A DNA stretch of 64,000 nucleotides, from positions 1,314,555-1,378,554 of the forward strand of contig NMRA01000011.1 in assembly GCA_002633005.1 (NCBI GenBank), given 5' to 3'. The position numbers were made by a program, and so were the translations under genes. The stretch's first letter is position 1; each line of letters starts with the position of its first letter. Positions 36,295 to 48,068 of the stretch are shown piece after piece. This DNA comes from Phoronis australis (Eukaryota > Animalia > Phoronida). The notes beneath the pieces were generated by a model that ran no database searches, was not told the DNA's origin, and saw nothing but the letters and a program-made list of their open reading frames with translations.

Positions 36295-37403
36295 CTGGAA
36301 AATACAAAACAGTATCAGGTGAAAGACCGCACATTAAAGGACTGACGTATGGAAGGCGAACTCAGAATGTGCGTAACAAAATTGACAACAATGTGATCTG
36401 TGTAGAGGCACTGAAAAAATGTTCGAAACCGCTGGGTTGCTACCGTTAACAGTGAAACAGTAGCGGGTATGCTTAGGTTTCTAAAAATGCACTCTATTGT
36501 TTTCAAAAAGTTGAGGAACGTTATTGAAGGTATTTCGAGAATAATATTTCGTCAACTTTATGAAAAATAACCATAGGTCAGTCTAGGCCACCCATGTCAT
36601 CAATTTCTATCTCAGAATGGTTCGTCATTATTACCCCCGACTTGGACGGTACTGGTCATGACGGCCAAGGTCACACAGGGACGACCCCAGGTTTGATCGA
36701 TTTGCTTGAAATCAAATTATTTTTGGGGTTTTCTATTCTACTTTTGTGCGAACTCAAGTTTAGACGAGTGTCTATTCAGTGTAAGCTTGAGTAAACAATA
36801 GCTGAACCTTGAAATTTCAAGTTTTTATTCAAGTTTTATCTCGAATCTAGAGATTCCTATTTACGAATTTGGATAAGGAACTTATTTGCATAAACGATAA
36901 TGTACTCAAGTACAGACTAATAGACAATTATCTTACAAAAGTAAAACGGAAAATGCAAATAAATATTTCGAGTAAAAGGGCTGGACCCAGGTGTCCCTTT
37001 TTCGTCATGATGTTTGCAATAAAGGAAACACAATTTCCAAAAAGCACCAGATTTGCTACATGTAAGTGATACTTGAACAAGTCATGGCTAATTACAGTTC
37101 ATGACAACGCTGCTGCTTTCAGAGAAATCATTCTGAATGTTAGAGTTGCATAAAAACACAAATTAATGAGTAAACAAAGAGGAAGGGAAGGGATTACGTA
37201 CAGAGATTATAAGATCAAGAATTTGAAAGTTTTGAGAAGGAATGCGTAAAATTAGATTTGGGAGAATACTTGACGTTTAGATTGATTATTATTGTTTACC
37301 TGGAGGCAATGTTCAGCGATGAATGTGTACAGTTTTTCTAAGTTATGAACGATTTCATAAACACGATCCTAAAATCAATACCAGATTCACGACCACAGTT
37401 TAC

Positions 37404-37769
37404 CTCCGATGCACCCCATTAGCGTTGACTCAGACTGAGGAGCTGGATTCAACAATAGCTCGGGTTCACGCGGCATATCCCGGATGAATTGTGGCGTAGG
37501 TAGGATGATGTTGCTGCCATACGGGGGCCAGTAAGGCCCAAACGGCCAGTGTCTCATATCGAGGGGCGCCGTTTGGTATTTGCGAATGTATTCCTCCAGA
37601 AGTACGGAAAAACTAAAAAATGTGATTCGACTAAAACGGATCTCATTGATGTCAATCTTAGGCCCACTCTTTTGATTTTCAGGATTGTCAGTGGAGTCAC
37701 GCAGTGGAGGTGCACTTGAATATTTCCTCAGCCTGGACTTGATAACGAGACTGTTTTCCATTTTAGGTT
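37404..37769 (-). CDS. AGBL2: CCP N-terminal exon (EPKMENSL...GPYWPP...EPELLL...GCIG)
   Basis: ttgtacag| ... G|gtaaac, phase 1->1, 366 nt open. Confidence 0.8.
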
Positions 37770-39229
37770 CTGTACAAGGACAAAATCAAGCACATAATTT
37801 GAGGTGCCAGACCATATCGTGGATTTGGAAATCCATACCCACAAGTCCGTGCCAGCTATTAGTCGTCTTTTGTCTGGAATGACTTTGCAGATCAGCGACA
37901 GCGCATTGCTGTTCTGAGCGATTTCACCTGGTAAAGATATTGCCTCGTTGACTACAGTCAGTGTTTATGACACTCGCCTCCGACCTAACATCACACACAA
38001 TCTCCTGAAACGAAGAGTTGAAAGACTGGCAACACACGCTGATGGCTTTACGTCTTTGTGACAAATGCTGCGGCAAACGAAGCATATCTAGCCACCGCAG
38101 ACCTTGCCGATAGAGGATATACCGAGCACAACGTGCAGGTTTGCTGTGAGCCTCAACTGCTCGACGACGATAAAAACATGAGTGCGCTGGGACTGCGAGA
38201 AAACAAACAGAGGAAGAAAACCATCTTCATCGAGATCGTACCAATATCCGCCAGCTGTAAACTGCACGTGAGAGACCACTTCGTTTTCCTGTGACGATAA
38301 GCTAACTAAAGATGACCAGTAATGTCTTGTAATCAATTAGGCACCACATACTGGATCAATACACACGCCTAATGATTGGTTCACCTGTTTCAAGAATGCA
38401 ATACCTTTCCAAGCCATTACAGTAGAAATTGTTAGATTGAAACGCGCACGCAAACTCTGTAACATAAGCAGACGTAGATATGATGGCGTTATGCACACCG
38501 CATTCACTGAATTTAGCACGTAGCCGTCCTTAACAGTGCTTGAGTTCATCAGAATATGTTGACAGTTTTCACGAAGAAAAACGAATGACTATTCTGAAGA
38601 CAAAATGTCCGTCTGGCCATCCTTACTTGCTTGTTATTGTATTCAACAGGAGGAGCTCGCGACTACAGGCAAATTGATAACACGTCCTCTTCGTTCAGTT
38701 GTAACTACTTGGAAATTTGTACCCAGTTTCCATTTTCTCTACATATTATCATTCACATTCCTTACTTTTAAGTAGTTACTGCAAATCCGAGACTAACCTC
38801 AAGCACCATCCATGAAAATGTCGAGAATCAATTCTGGTATTTGCGTGCACTTACTACACGATGTGAGAAACATAATTTCGTTGCCAACGAAGGTCAGCTA
38901 CATTTAATGCGTGCAAACTTGACAGGTCGAAACAGGTGGGTTATTGAATTTCAGGCAAGGTGTTCGTGTAGTCAACGTAATATTGGATTGAACGTGTTGT
39001 GTTGTGAATTTGATTGTCATTACAGGGGTGGATCCAGGAATTCGACAGGGGATGTCACTTCGCAGTATGCTCTACATGCACGCAGTCAGCATGATAAAAA
39101 CACGTTTATGTGATATATATGTGTTTTACCGCGCAATGCAAATGCCTTAAACCAATCGATAAAAATCGTGTTAATACACACACACACAAAACACACCGAG
39201 AGTGGCGTAGATGATATACATGTAACACC

Positions 39230-39725
39230 CCACGAGACATAATTGCGCGTATTCACTGAGACCGAATGCATGCTTTGAACTCCTAGTTTCCTTTTATTTT
39301 TCGGTAGATTTTTAAAATACTTCACGCAGACTACGTGGCGGATCACAACCAACTCTATCCACTTGCGCGTTATGATACAAGTTTTAAACAGCATTAAATG
39401 TAACGACTTATTACATGAGAAGAGATAACAAGGGTGAAAACAACGGTAATTGCGCATTGAACTTGCAATATTTTCTGAAAACAATTAAATAACAACATCA
39501 TACATTGTAGTTAGCGAGGAATCAGTGCCCGAGTTGCAGACGATAAAAAAATAGCAAATAAAACTGAGACAGAAGTGCCTTATAATTAACAGTTTTGTAC
39601 CAGACGTAATGTTTGGGACATGGTTGCATGTTGAGTGTTATTTATACTGCTGCAACTTTATTACTTTAAACTAGTTTGGTTTTATGACAGAGCCGCCCAA
39701 TCGACGTTGACCAATCTTTCCATGT
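39230..39725 (+). repeat. Dispersed ~500-bp repeat, inverted relative of ~61755-62510
   Basis: Shared blocks AAATACTTCAC.CAGACT, CGTGGCGGATCACA, ACTTGCGCGTTA, GAGTTGCAGACGATA, TATAATTAACAGT, TATTACTTTAAACTA. Confidence 0.85.
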
Positions 39726-39981
39726 CAGAGGTCACTGTAAAGTAATCCAAGTTCAATGCAGAAAACAATACCACATGGCCGTATTTCACTCAACATATTC
39801 AATGCGTGTATGGAATAAAAAATAAGCCATGCAGCAAATCGCACGAGACCGACCAGATCAGCGCACAAAAGTAGGCACCTATTTGTCAACTGAGTCTTCA
39901 CGCGTTACAGCGCATCCGCACGAAAACACGAGAACACCAAGACTTGTTGCATACGTAATCATTCATACGGTGTCATTTTAA

Positions 39982-40458
39982 GGTTACCGAGGACCCTAGC
40001 AAAATGTTCAAATTTGGCTAACTTTGGAAGGTCATTTCTGAAAAATTGCAGATCGGATTCTTATGAAAACTCCATATACTATGCTTCATGCACTGTTCTA
40101 CAAAGTGATTTTAGGAATTATTTTAAATGTTCCACTCTTGCATGAGGTGACTTTACAACTTTCTTGAAAAAAACTTACGCTGCATAAAACGAAATCGAAA
40201 TGATATTTTAAAAGACTGTAACAGAGTTTTTTAGATGTCGGGCACTTATACTGATGTTTTTCTATCAGTGTACCATTGTTACTAAATTTGATGACATGGT
40301 TACGCTAACCAAGTTAATGTCAGATTAGTAAAAAGTCACCAACCAATTTCTACAGGATTTACACTTACAGAAAATGTATAGTTCTAGCCAGTTAAAATCT
40401 ATAGCTCTGTAAATATTTTGCAAAACATGCAAACTTGTCGATACGGTACTTCATAATC
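39982..40458. mobile_element. Kolobok-type MITE, diverged inverted relative of 26171-26704
   Basis: TTAA|GGTTACCGAGGACC ... GGTACTTCATAATC|TTAA. First ~120 bp align to the reverse complement of 26580-26704. Confidence 0.75.
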
Positions 40459-40650
40459 TTAAATCACAGTTATCATTACCTAATTACAAAAACGGAAAAC
40501 TATAAGGGTGCCATGGCAAATTTGCCTACCCTCTAAATCCGCCACTGATCACAACCCCACGAAGAAGAGTGTAAAAGGAAGACATAAAAATTAGAAAGGT
40601 GATAATCGCCGCATTATGTCATAAACGACTTATTATCATGTTACCGTGCA

Positions 40651-41015
40651 TTTACGTCCATGAGCCTATATCCGAAATAATGCCCTTTTTCGCGGCTTTT
40701 TTATCCAGGTGGTTCGTATATTGGCACATGTACTCAGGGTTCGCATTTAAGTCCAGTCCCATACATGGGCCCATACAATAATTCGCATGTAGGCGCAACC
40801 CTTTTTTAAAAAATGACTCAGTGATCGTGAATGACATTTTACCTTATTGCAGCACCTTTAGGCCCATGGGCCTATATCCGAAACAATGCCTTTTATTGCG
40901 GCCTTTTTGTAGTCAAGTGGTTCGCATTTTGGCACATGTGCCTAAGTTTCGCATATAAGCGCAGTTCTACACAGACGGCCCATTGGCCTAATGGTGCGGC
41001 AATACGGTTTAACAA
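40651..41015. repeat. Two-copy ~206-bp tandem duplication
   Basis: CCATG.GCCTATATCCGAAA.AATGCC, GTGGTTCG.AT.TTGGCACATGT and TTCGCAT.TAAG recur at an offset of ~206. Confidence 0.8.
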
Positions 41016-42269
41016 ATTTTTGAATGTCAGTTTATTTGAAGTGGTTAATCTCACTCGAGTTGTACAACAGACTAACTATTTTGTTTGAATCAAAAAGTAA
41101 CAACTTTTTATTTGGACCAATAATTACAGAAATTAGCAGTAGCGCGTCGGATTACAAGGACGAAGGCAAAGAAGGATTGCTTAGGGCATAACAGTTCTGG
41201 ATGAAGAGAACAAAATATGAAAATAAGGTTTCAGATAGAGCACAGAATGAATTTCAAAATGTAACATTTCTGAAACCTAGAAGGACGGGATTGCCATTCA
41301 CCACAAGGGTAGCGGATCACACTCACCTTTTTTCTTATGGAAGCCTGGATCAGTTTCTATCACGAAAGAATGCGCAATCAACAAGAATGAAGTGATAAAA
41401 CGTTCAAAATAGACAGAAATGACGTTTGCTTTCATTCACTTCACTTATAGGGCCACTTTTGCACCAACAAAGTGCGCTTTCATAAATTCCATAGACTAGT
41501 TCCCTAGGCCTTAAATCGGCAGAAACCAAGAGATTCGTTTCATTCGTTTCATGAATCGAGTCTTTTAAGATGCTATTTCCGTTTCATTAACTTTACAAAG
41601 GAGTGCTGGGTTTCCTCCGGCAATGGTTTTTTCGTTCCTCAGTCCTCGGACATGAGCAAAAATAAATACCTTTTTAATCATAATTTCGAACCATCTAATG
41701 GTACTTAAAGCAAATCACTTTGTTTGAACTAGAGGCGTTACGTTGGGATCGTAGACAAATCTGCCACGGATAAAGCGACACCTTTTGCTTAACAGTGACA
41801 ACACGATCATAAAATCTTCGAAGGACAGCAACATACGTTACAAAACAACACGGACTGTTGCTGTTGTAAGAGTAAAGGTAAGATATCTGGGTAAGCCCTA
41901 GAACTCATAAACATAATATGTCGACGGCATTTTTGGGGTGTGTCTGTGAGGACCCGAGTGCAGTGAATCCGCCCATCAGCAATACGTAAATAGAATGGAC
42001 ACGAATTTGTGATAAGCTAACAATGAAGTGTTGAGTTTAGGAATATGCATTAATCATGTTACTTAGAAAAAAATAGATTTATCCACTAACTGGGGCAAAC
42101 GGAGGATTAGATTTAGTTCAAAATTGTGTATTCCTTTTATTTGTTTTTAATTGATTATGACAGACATTGAAATTCATTTAATAAGCAGATCAAAATCCAA
42201 ATTTGATCCAATCAGACGTTTGTTAATGCCGAACAATGGCCCTGCAAGAATTGCTAAATATTAACTTAC

Positions 42270-42914
42270 CTGGTATTATCGCCGAGTACAATGGTTCTAC
42301 TTTCTGGGTAACGAGGCGCACGAAGTGTGGAGCACCGTACAACGGAGAATAATCCGTCGGCCAAAAGGGGCCGTGCTCGTCGCGAACCACTCCATATTTA
42401 TCCATGAACTTTCCATTACTCAGCTTTTTCAGTAAGCTCCCGTCCGGCATTTGACCTGTCAACATGGCTTCGTGAAAGGCGGATTTAGTAGAATTAATTA
42501 TTCTGGGCACAGCAAACGTTTGCGGTGGTGGCCGAGGGCGGGGTGGTAACAAAGAGTGCGAGGAGTCGAGGCCAAATACTGCAGGAAAATCACCTTGGTT
42601 CGACTTAGAAAGACTGTCCTGGAATTTGAAATCGTACGAAGAATCCATTTTCATCAGCTCCTTCTCTTTGTTCCGTTTTCGTCGTTTCCGCTGATACTGT
42701 TTCCAACGCTGGTGCTGCATGAAAGCGCGTTCCTTGTCCGTTAGATCAAGCCCAATGTGCGAATTGAGAGTGAAGTCTTTCATAGTTTTCTGTTTGGATT
42801 TATCTCGGTTCTTGTTGAGTCTCTCAAGCGGAGGAGTGTGGAGCGCTTCACGCACTCTCTCGTTAAGAGATTGTTCCATTTCCTGACGTATTGCCTCCTT
42901 CCACTCATGTTTGT
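42270..42914 (-). CDS. AGBL2: CCP N-terminal exon (DKHEWKEAIRQEMEQ...GPFWPTDY...VEPLYSAIIP)
   Basis: ctacatag| ... G|gtaagt, 645 nt, phase 1->1. Membership in the CCP gene is inferred from phase and from the repeated motif. Confidence 0.78.
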
Positions 42915-43263
42915 CTATGTAGAAAGGAGAGTATAACGTTAGTGTATACGTGAAGCGACGTGATGAAAATAGATACTGTTGTACATGTAAATTGTCAATT
43001 ATTCAGCTATTAAATTTTGTTTGACCGTCTGCTGGGTAACTTCAAAGTTCTTGCATGCTGTCATCAGCAGTTTTAAAAACTAGAAACCTGATCTGAGTGG
43101 TGCCGTCAGTGGAGAAAGGGTATTCTTAAGTTTAATCGCAATAGCGTTGCAGTGTTCGTGGGATAATGGGTTTTCCCTCACTGAATCGGAACGCGCTTGC
43201 TCTGGCAGAACCATTTACTTCGTAAGCCTGGAAACAAGCACGACGAAAATGCATGGTTTTATT

Positions 43264-43509
43264 CATGCGCACACCCAGCCTTCAATTTGGGGGGCTCGAA
43301 TTCTTGACGTCGTGGACTTTATTCAAACAAAACATCTGGCAGACTAAAAAAAAAAGAAAAAAAAAAAAACGGGAGCACCCCTGTAAAGTGCGCGTTCGCG
43401 CTTATTTAGTGGTCTTTTGTCCAGTTATCTCAGACTTTTTGTCACTCGGAGGCGGACCATTTTAATGGGGCTCGTTCGAGCCCCCTGAGCCCCCATGGGT
43501 GCGCGCATG
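43264..43509. mobile_element. MITE (CATGCGC TIR) with 5-bp TSD TTATT
   Basis: CATGCGCACACCCA ... TGGGTGCGCGCATG; TTATT at 43259-43263 and 43510-43514. Confidence 0.88.
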
Positions 43510-45014
43510 TTATTGTGTAACATCTGGTATCAAAAGCAATACCAAGAGACAACTTCTGCTTTTGACAATTTCTTTTTGGAAATTCGCAGAAAATTTTTGG
43601 GTGGACTCACGAAAATAACATGTTGCCGACTTTCACGTCATGTTGTTTCACATTAGATTAGTTAGTTCTGGACGGGCCCTGGCGGGTGGACACGTGGTAG
43701 AGACAGTCTCGCCACCTGGTGCCTACTGACAGGACCATTTTTTCACTGGTGCCACCTAGTCTAAAGTTCGAGCATCTTATTGGCGAGAGACCTGATTGCA
43801 GTTTGAATACAGCATTGATTTTCCACATATCAAGGTCTAGTTGACAACTTGCATTGCTTTACAAACAATGCTCAAGGGTGGATTTCAACAGATCCTAAGG
43901 AAGTAGCCGACTTCTATGACAAAACTTTTTTGCGAGAAACCCACAGCATCCGCATTTAGGTTGAAGGTTACACCATTCACAGAATATATATCAAAGATTC
44001 TCTTACCACTTATTTTACTTTTTCAAAACAAAACAGAACCCAAACCAATTTAGTCAAATGGTATCCATAAGTAATGCGCTTTCACTAAGGCGCATTTTGT
44101 CGAAATAATGTGCAATCCCCGACAAAAGGGGATCTCTGTGTATTTCACATGGTCCTAAAGTGTCGTTTTGACACCGCAAAATCTTCGAACATGGTTGGGT
44201 GCTTGGATATTATAACACAAGAGGTGCGGAATGGAGCTGACGTGTGACGTATATTGTGTGATCTCGAGGTTTATCTGTATAGATAACAGTTCGTGTGCAA
44301 TAGTGCTGGCTTAACTGGTAAATGGTGGTTTATCACGACATTGTCTCTTGGTTAACCATCCAATCTGGAGTCAATGAGGAGTACCGGTAGATGACGGATG
44401 GAGACAGTTTTGACAACTATTTCTGGGTGAATCTCTCTCCGAATTCTGCAGCAGTTTCAATGAAATGTGCCAGGCGATCAGTGCTTAACGAAGGCAATAG
44501 CAATCATAGAGTACTAATTTGATGGAGACTATAACTGAGTTTGCAAAATTTGATCAATAAATGACCAAATCAACTGAAAACGATACAAAGCGTTGCAGAG
44601 GATATTAGATAAATAGTGAATGAATAACACTAAATTAGACGAATTTGTTTGTTCTATTATAATTCAACGCTTCAATAAAAAAAACAACTCAAAATAAATT
44701 CAATAATGCCTCAACGAAATTCTTTAGCGAAACGCTCAAATGAGCATAGACGTTTACGTCATGCCTACAATTGAGCGTCAAATTTCCAATAAGTTAAAAA
44801 TTGCAGTCAACACCCTATTTTTAAATGAGTTTTTTTAACATCAAAGAGTGTAGATAAAACCGTAGCGAACAGGAACAAACGGCGGGAGCCACAGCAAACG
44901 TAAAAGCGAGGCCAGAGCTTGCCTCAACAAACCACGAGACACGTTATTAGTCGCACAATAATACACGTTAATCCAAGACACTTAATTTCAAACACTAATC
45001 AACACAATTACTAC

Positions 45015-45165
45015 CTTCACCAAAAATAGCCTTTTCCTTTTCTTCGGCGAACTTCTTAGCCTCTACCATTAACTGGTGCGTGGACGAATCCTGGAACACG
45101 GATGGTGTCGACGCCGATCTCGCGCGCCGAAAGCTGGCGTCCAGCGTCAGATTCGGCATCAACAT
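45015..45165 (-). CDS. AGBL2: Probable first coding exon of CCP (MLMPNLTLDASFRRARSASTPSVF...AIFGE)
   Basis: gccATG start context; G|gtagta donor in phase 1 matches the next exon. The frame is open further upstream to an acceptor near 45240, so the start may be earlier. Confidence 0.65.
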
Positions 45166-45349
45166 GGCGAACACACGAGACAAAGACAGGTGGTGTTCTG
45201 GTACACAAAACAGTGAGGACGAAAGAGCATGGTTATGTCTGTCGGTGAAGTTTAGTATAATATTAGTTCTCACAGGACACCGTTAAAGTTGTTTGTCTAC
45301 CTTCTTGAATCACTGTCGACGTCATCTTTCACGTATGAAACGCCGTTAT

Positions 45350-45363
45350 GCTGCCATTGCTAC
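45350..45363. promoter_or_regulatory. Possible RFX X-box upstream of CCP
   Basis: GCTGCCATTGCTAC, 11/14 match to GTTGCCATGGCAAC, ~190 bp upstream of the ATG. Confidence 0.25.
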
Positions 45364-47904
45364 TGAAATAAAACAGTAATGACCGTTAGCACCTTTTGGG
45401 TGTCCGTAATGAATGACGAAGACTGATCGATGAGACAATGGTAATGCAAGGCGTTAACCCTCAATTTATGTCAACACCGGAACTCGTTCCTCGTTTTTAC
45501 TATAGACACACAGCGTGCCACAGCTAAATCCTGCACGTTGTCTGCACGACTCAACACCACCACAGTACAAAAATAGAGTTTGCGATCACCCTGTGTGCGA
45601 TATTCCAGTACCTTCGCCGCTCTGCGACGGCTGTGTAACATCAGTTAAGATTCAAGTAGCGTACTGGCAAATATGAAACCAATCAAATGAATGAGCGGTG
45701 AAACAATTCCCAAATATTGACAATGGTTAGTTCATAAAATGCAAATACACCAAACGTTGAATTCAAACAAAATATGCAATGATCTTCCTAATCGTCTGCA
45801 GAAGGATTCGTGGCAATATTTATTAATGTCTGGCTGAACGGGTTTAAGTGTATTGAAAATAAAGCCAGATGATCGTGGCTTGTTTGAGAAATGATTGATT
45901 AAGTTAATCTATTACTGAAGTTAAATAGGTTCTAGTAAGCAGCTCAGTTAAACAGCAATCAGTTTCATCATGCATTTTATCCTACCAGTCAAATGAATTA
46001 TAGATTTAGAAAGAGTGGATTCCTGAAAAGGAATGAGTGTATGCGTGTATTATGAAATAGTCGTCTGTTCGTATACTCGTGTTTTAGGCCTTGGGAAGTG
46101 ATCCGTCGTCAAGGCAAATTGTCGTTTAGAGAGTGTACATCATTTGAGTGTAATTTTACTGCCGAGCTTCCCTGCAGTCAGCAATGCAAAACCGGTTTCT
46201 TTAATCGTCGTGAATCTTAGAGTAAATTTCAAGGTAGCGAAAATGACGTCACGTCGATGAATCCTCAACTGTAGAACAGTGTGTAACGTGTCAATCTCTG
46301 AGCACCAGGCATTAAAAGGATTCCGTGAGGGAATACTTGCCTACAGTATATATGTTGAAAGTTTTGTTTTTTAGTTATTCCATAAAAACCAGAGGCAAAA
46401 CACTGATAAATCCAACAAACTTGCCTCACTGACAAAGGGTGCAGCCAGGTAGAACCCTAAGTTAAAATTTGAAAAGAACCATTTAAACAACTAATTTGAC
46501 ATTGCTATCGCAAATTCAATTGAAGATGCAGAGCCCGACATTACCAAATGCTATTGCCGTCAACAAATTATTTTAAGGCTTTCGCTAACGTTGATTCTTT
46601 AAAAACTACAGTCGCACCTCACGAATCCCAGATACGCCTGTGCTGTTACTGACGTGTTCCTGTAATGGTATTGAATGAGTAAAAACTCCGTCGAGTAAAT
46701 TGTAGAACCGCACCTGAAGTGGTTGCTTGTTCTGCCTGGTGACGTGATACTGATGATGGGTTTGTGATAAACATTTAAAAATGAATGTTTTTTTACTTGC
46801 TGTGTCAATCGCGTGATTTAGCTGGTGTAATCATAGTTGTGTACTAGTTCTAGTTAATCAAAGAGATTAAGGTCAACCAAGAATCTACAATTTGGTATTT
46901 TCAGTTATTGAAACGTAAGTTATTCTGTTCTCTCTATAGGCTGATGTCCTCGTGACATTTTGATTGATGGTTTTCAGAGAATGCCATGTATTTATGACGA
47001 TCTGATGTAGCAACATAACTATACAGTACACGATACAGAAGCATTGGCCTTAATTTCTTAATTTTCTACTGAATCACTGAGCAACAGAAACATTTCGATA
47101 TCTATGTTCCCTCGTTACCCTTATCAATCAGAATTACTTATACATCAACAGTCTTTCGACAAGCCCCAAAATTACACATTAAATCATACCGCTTCAATAG
47201 ATAGCTTAAACGGATGAATAGTCCGCCTTCAGTGAGATAAGGCAACGATAGGAGGAGCTCTATAATCACATTTTATGCTATAGTGACTGGCTGATAATCC
47301 CGTGCATGTTACGAATAGTTTGGTAGACCAATCTTGGTGACAAAAACATGGAATTCTGATCACACGAGACAAATGCCCTACCTCATATCATTAATAACCT
47401 TCCTGAAAGTGTCTCCCAAAAACTTTTTACCCATTCGTTATCCTCTGTTATAAATTATTTTAAGAATGTTTGTCTTGAAAATTATGAACTTGAGTGCGCT
47501 ATTCCCAACTGCTTTGTGTGCAACTATTTTCGATAATATCTCACAGTCTTTACACAAGTAGTTTTAAAGTACATCATCACCTAATTTTTATAGTTCTGCT
47601 TATCTGTAACGCTGTATTTTTTCTTTCTGATTCTCTGGTGGCTCCGTGGTCAGCGGACCTCTCGGGTCCTTCACGGAGTCTCCATAAGCGTAAATCTATA
47701 TCAAGTGTATTTTGACTTAAAGTGAATAAAGTGTATTACTACTACTACTACTACTACATGGTCTGAATAACATACGTTTGTGGCAAGAGAACGCTGGAAT
47801 AGAATTATGTAGAGGGATGTACCTCAACGATAAAATCCATTAAATTTCATCAGATTTTGGGTACCTGATCCAACTTAGACTGAAAAAAGGGAGGTTATAG
47901 TCTG

Positions 47905-48068
47905 TTTGTATTCACGTATATGTAGATGTGTTTGCTAAACATGTATGTTAGTAGGATCACACGTATGTGTCTTCGTACTGTGTGCACGTACGTACATGTA
48001 TGTATATGTATATGTACGTATTTAGGTATATGTATGCTTGTATGAATGTATGTATTTATGTATGTATG
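47905..48068. repeat. Degenerate (TATG)n microsatellite
   Basis: Runs of TATG/TACG/TGTA. Confidence 0.8.

Larger units (their letters stand above)
20275..45165 (-). other. AGBL2: Gene span: cytosolic carboxypeptidase CCP2/3-like (AGBL2/3; M14D tubulin deglutamylase), about 20 coding exons, at least 1250 aa
   Basis: Exons listed below join with GT-AG boundaries and matching phases. Motifs FESGNL, QWYYF, YPYTF, HPGE, NPDG, DLNR, DMHGHS and TLEATF are all intact. AGBL2 vs AGBL3 cannot be distinguished. The true 5' and long-form 3' ends are unresolved. Confidence 0.93.

Noticed and set aside
39023-40547. CAGGGGTGGATCCAG (39023) and CTAAATCCGCCACTG (40547) as the two ends of one element
   Set aside because: Flanks CATTA and ATCAC do not match; probably solo ends of separate insertions.
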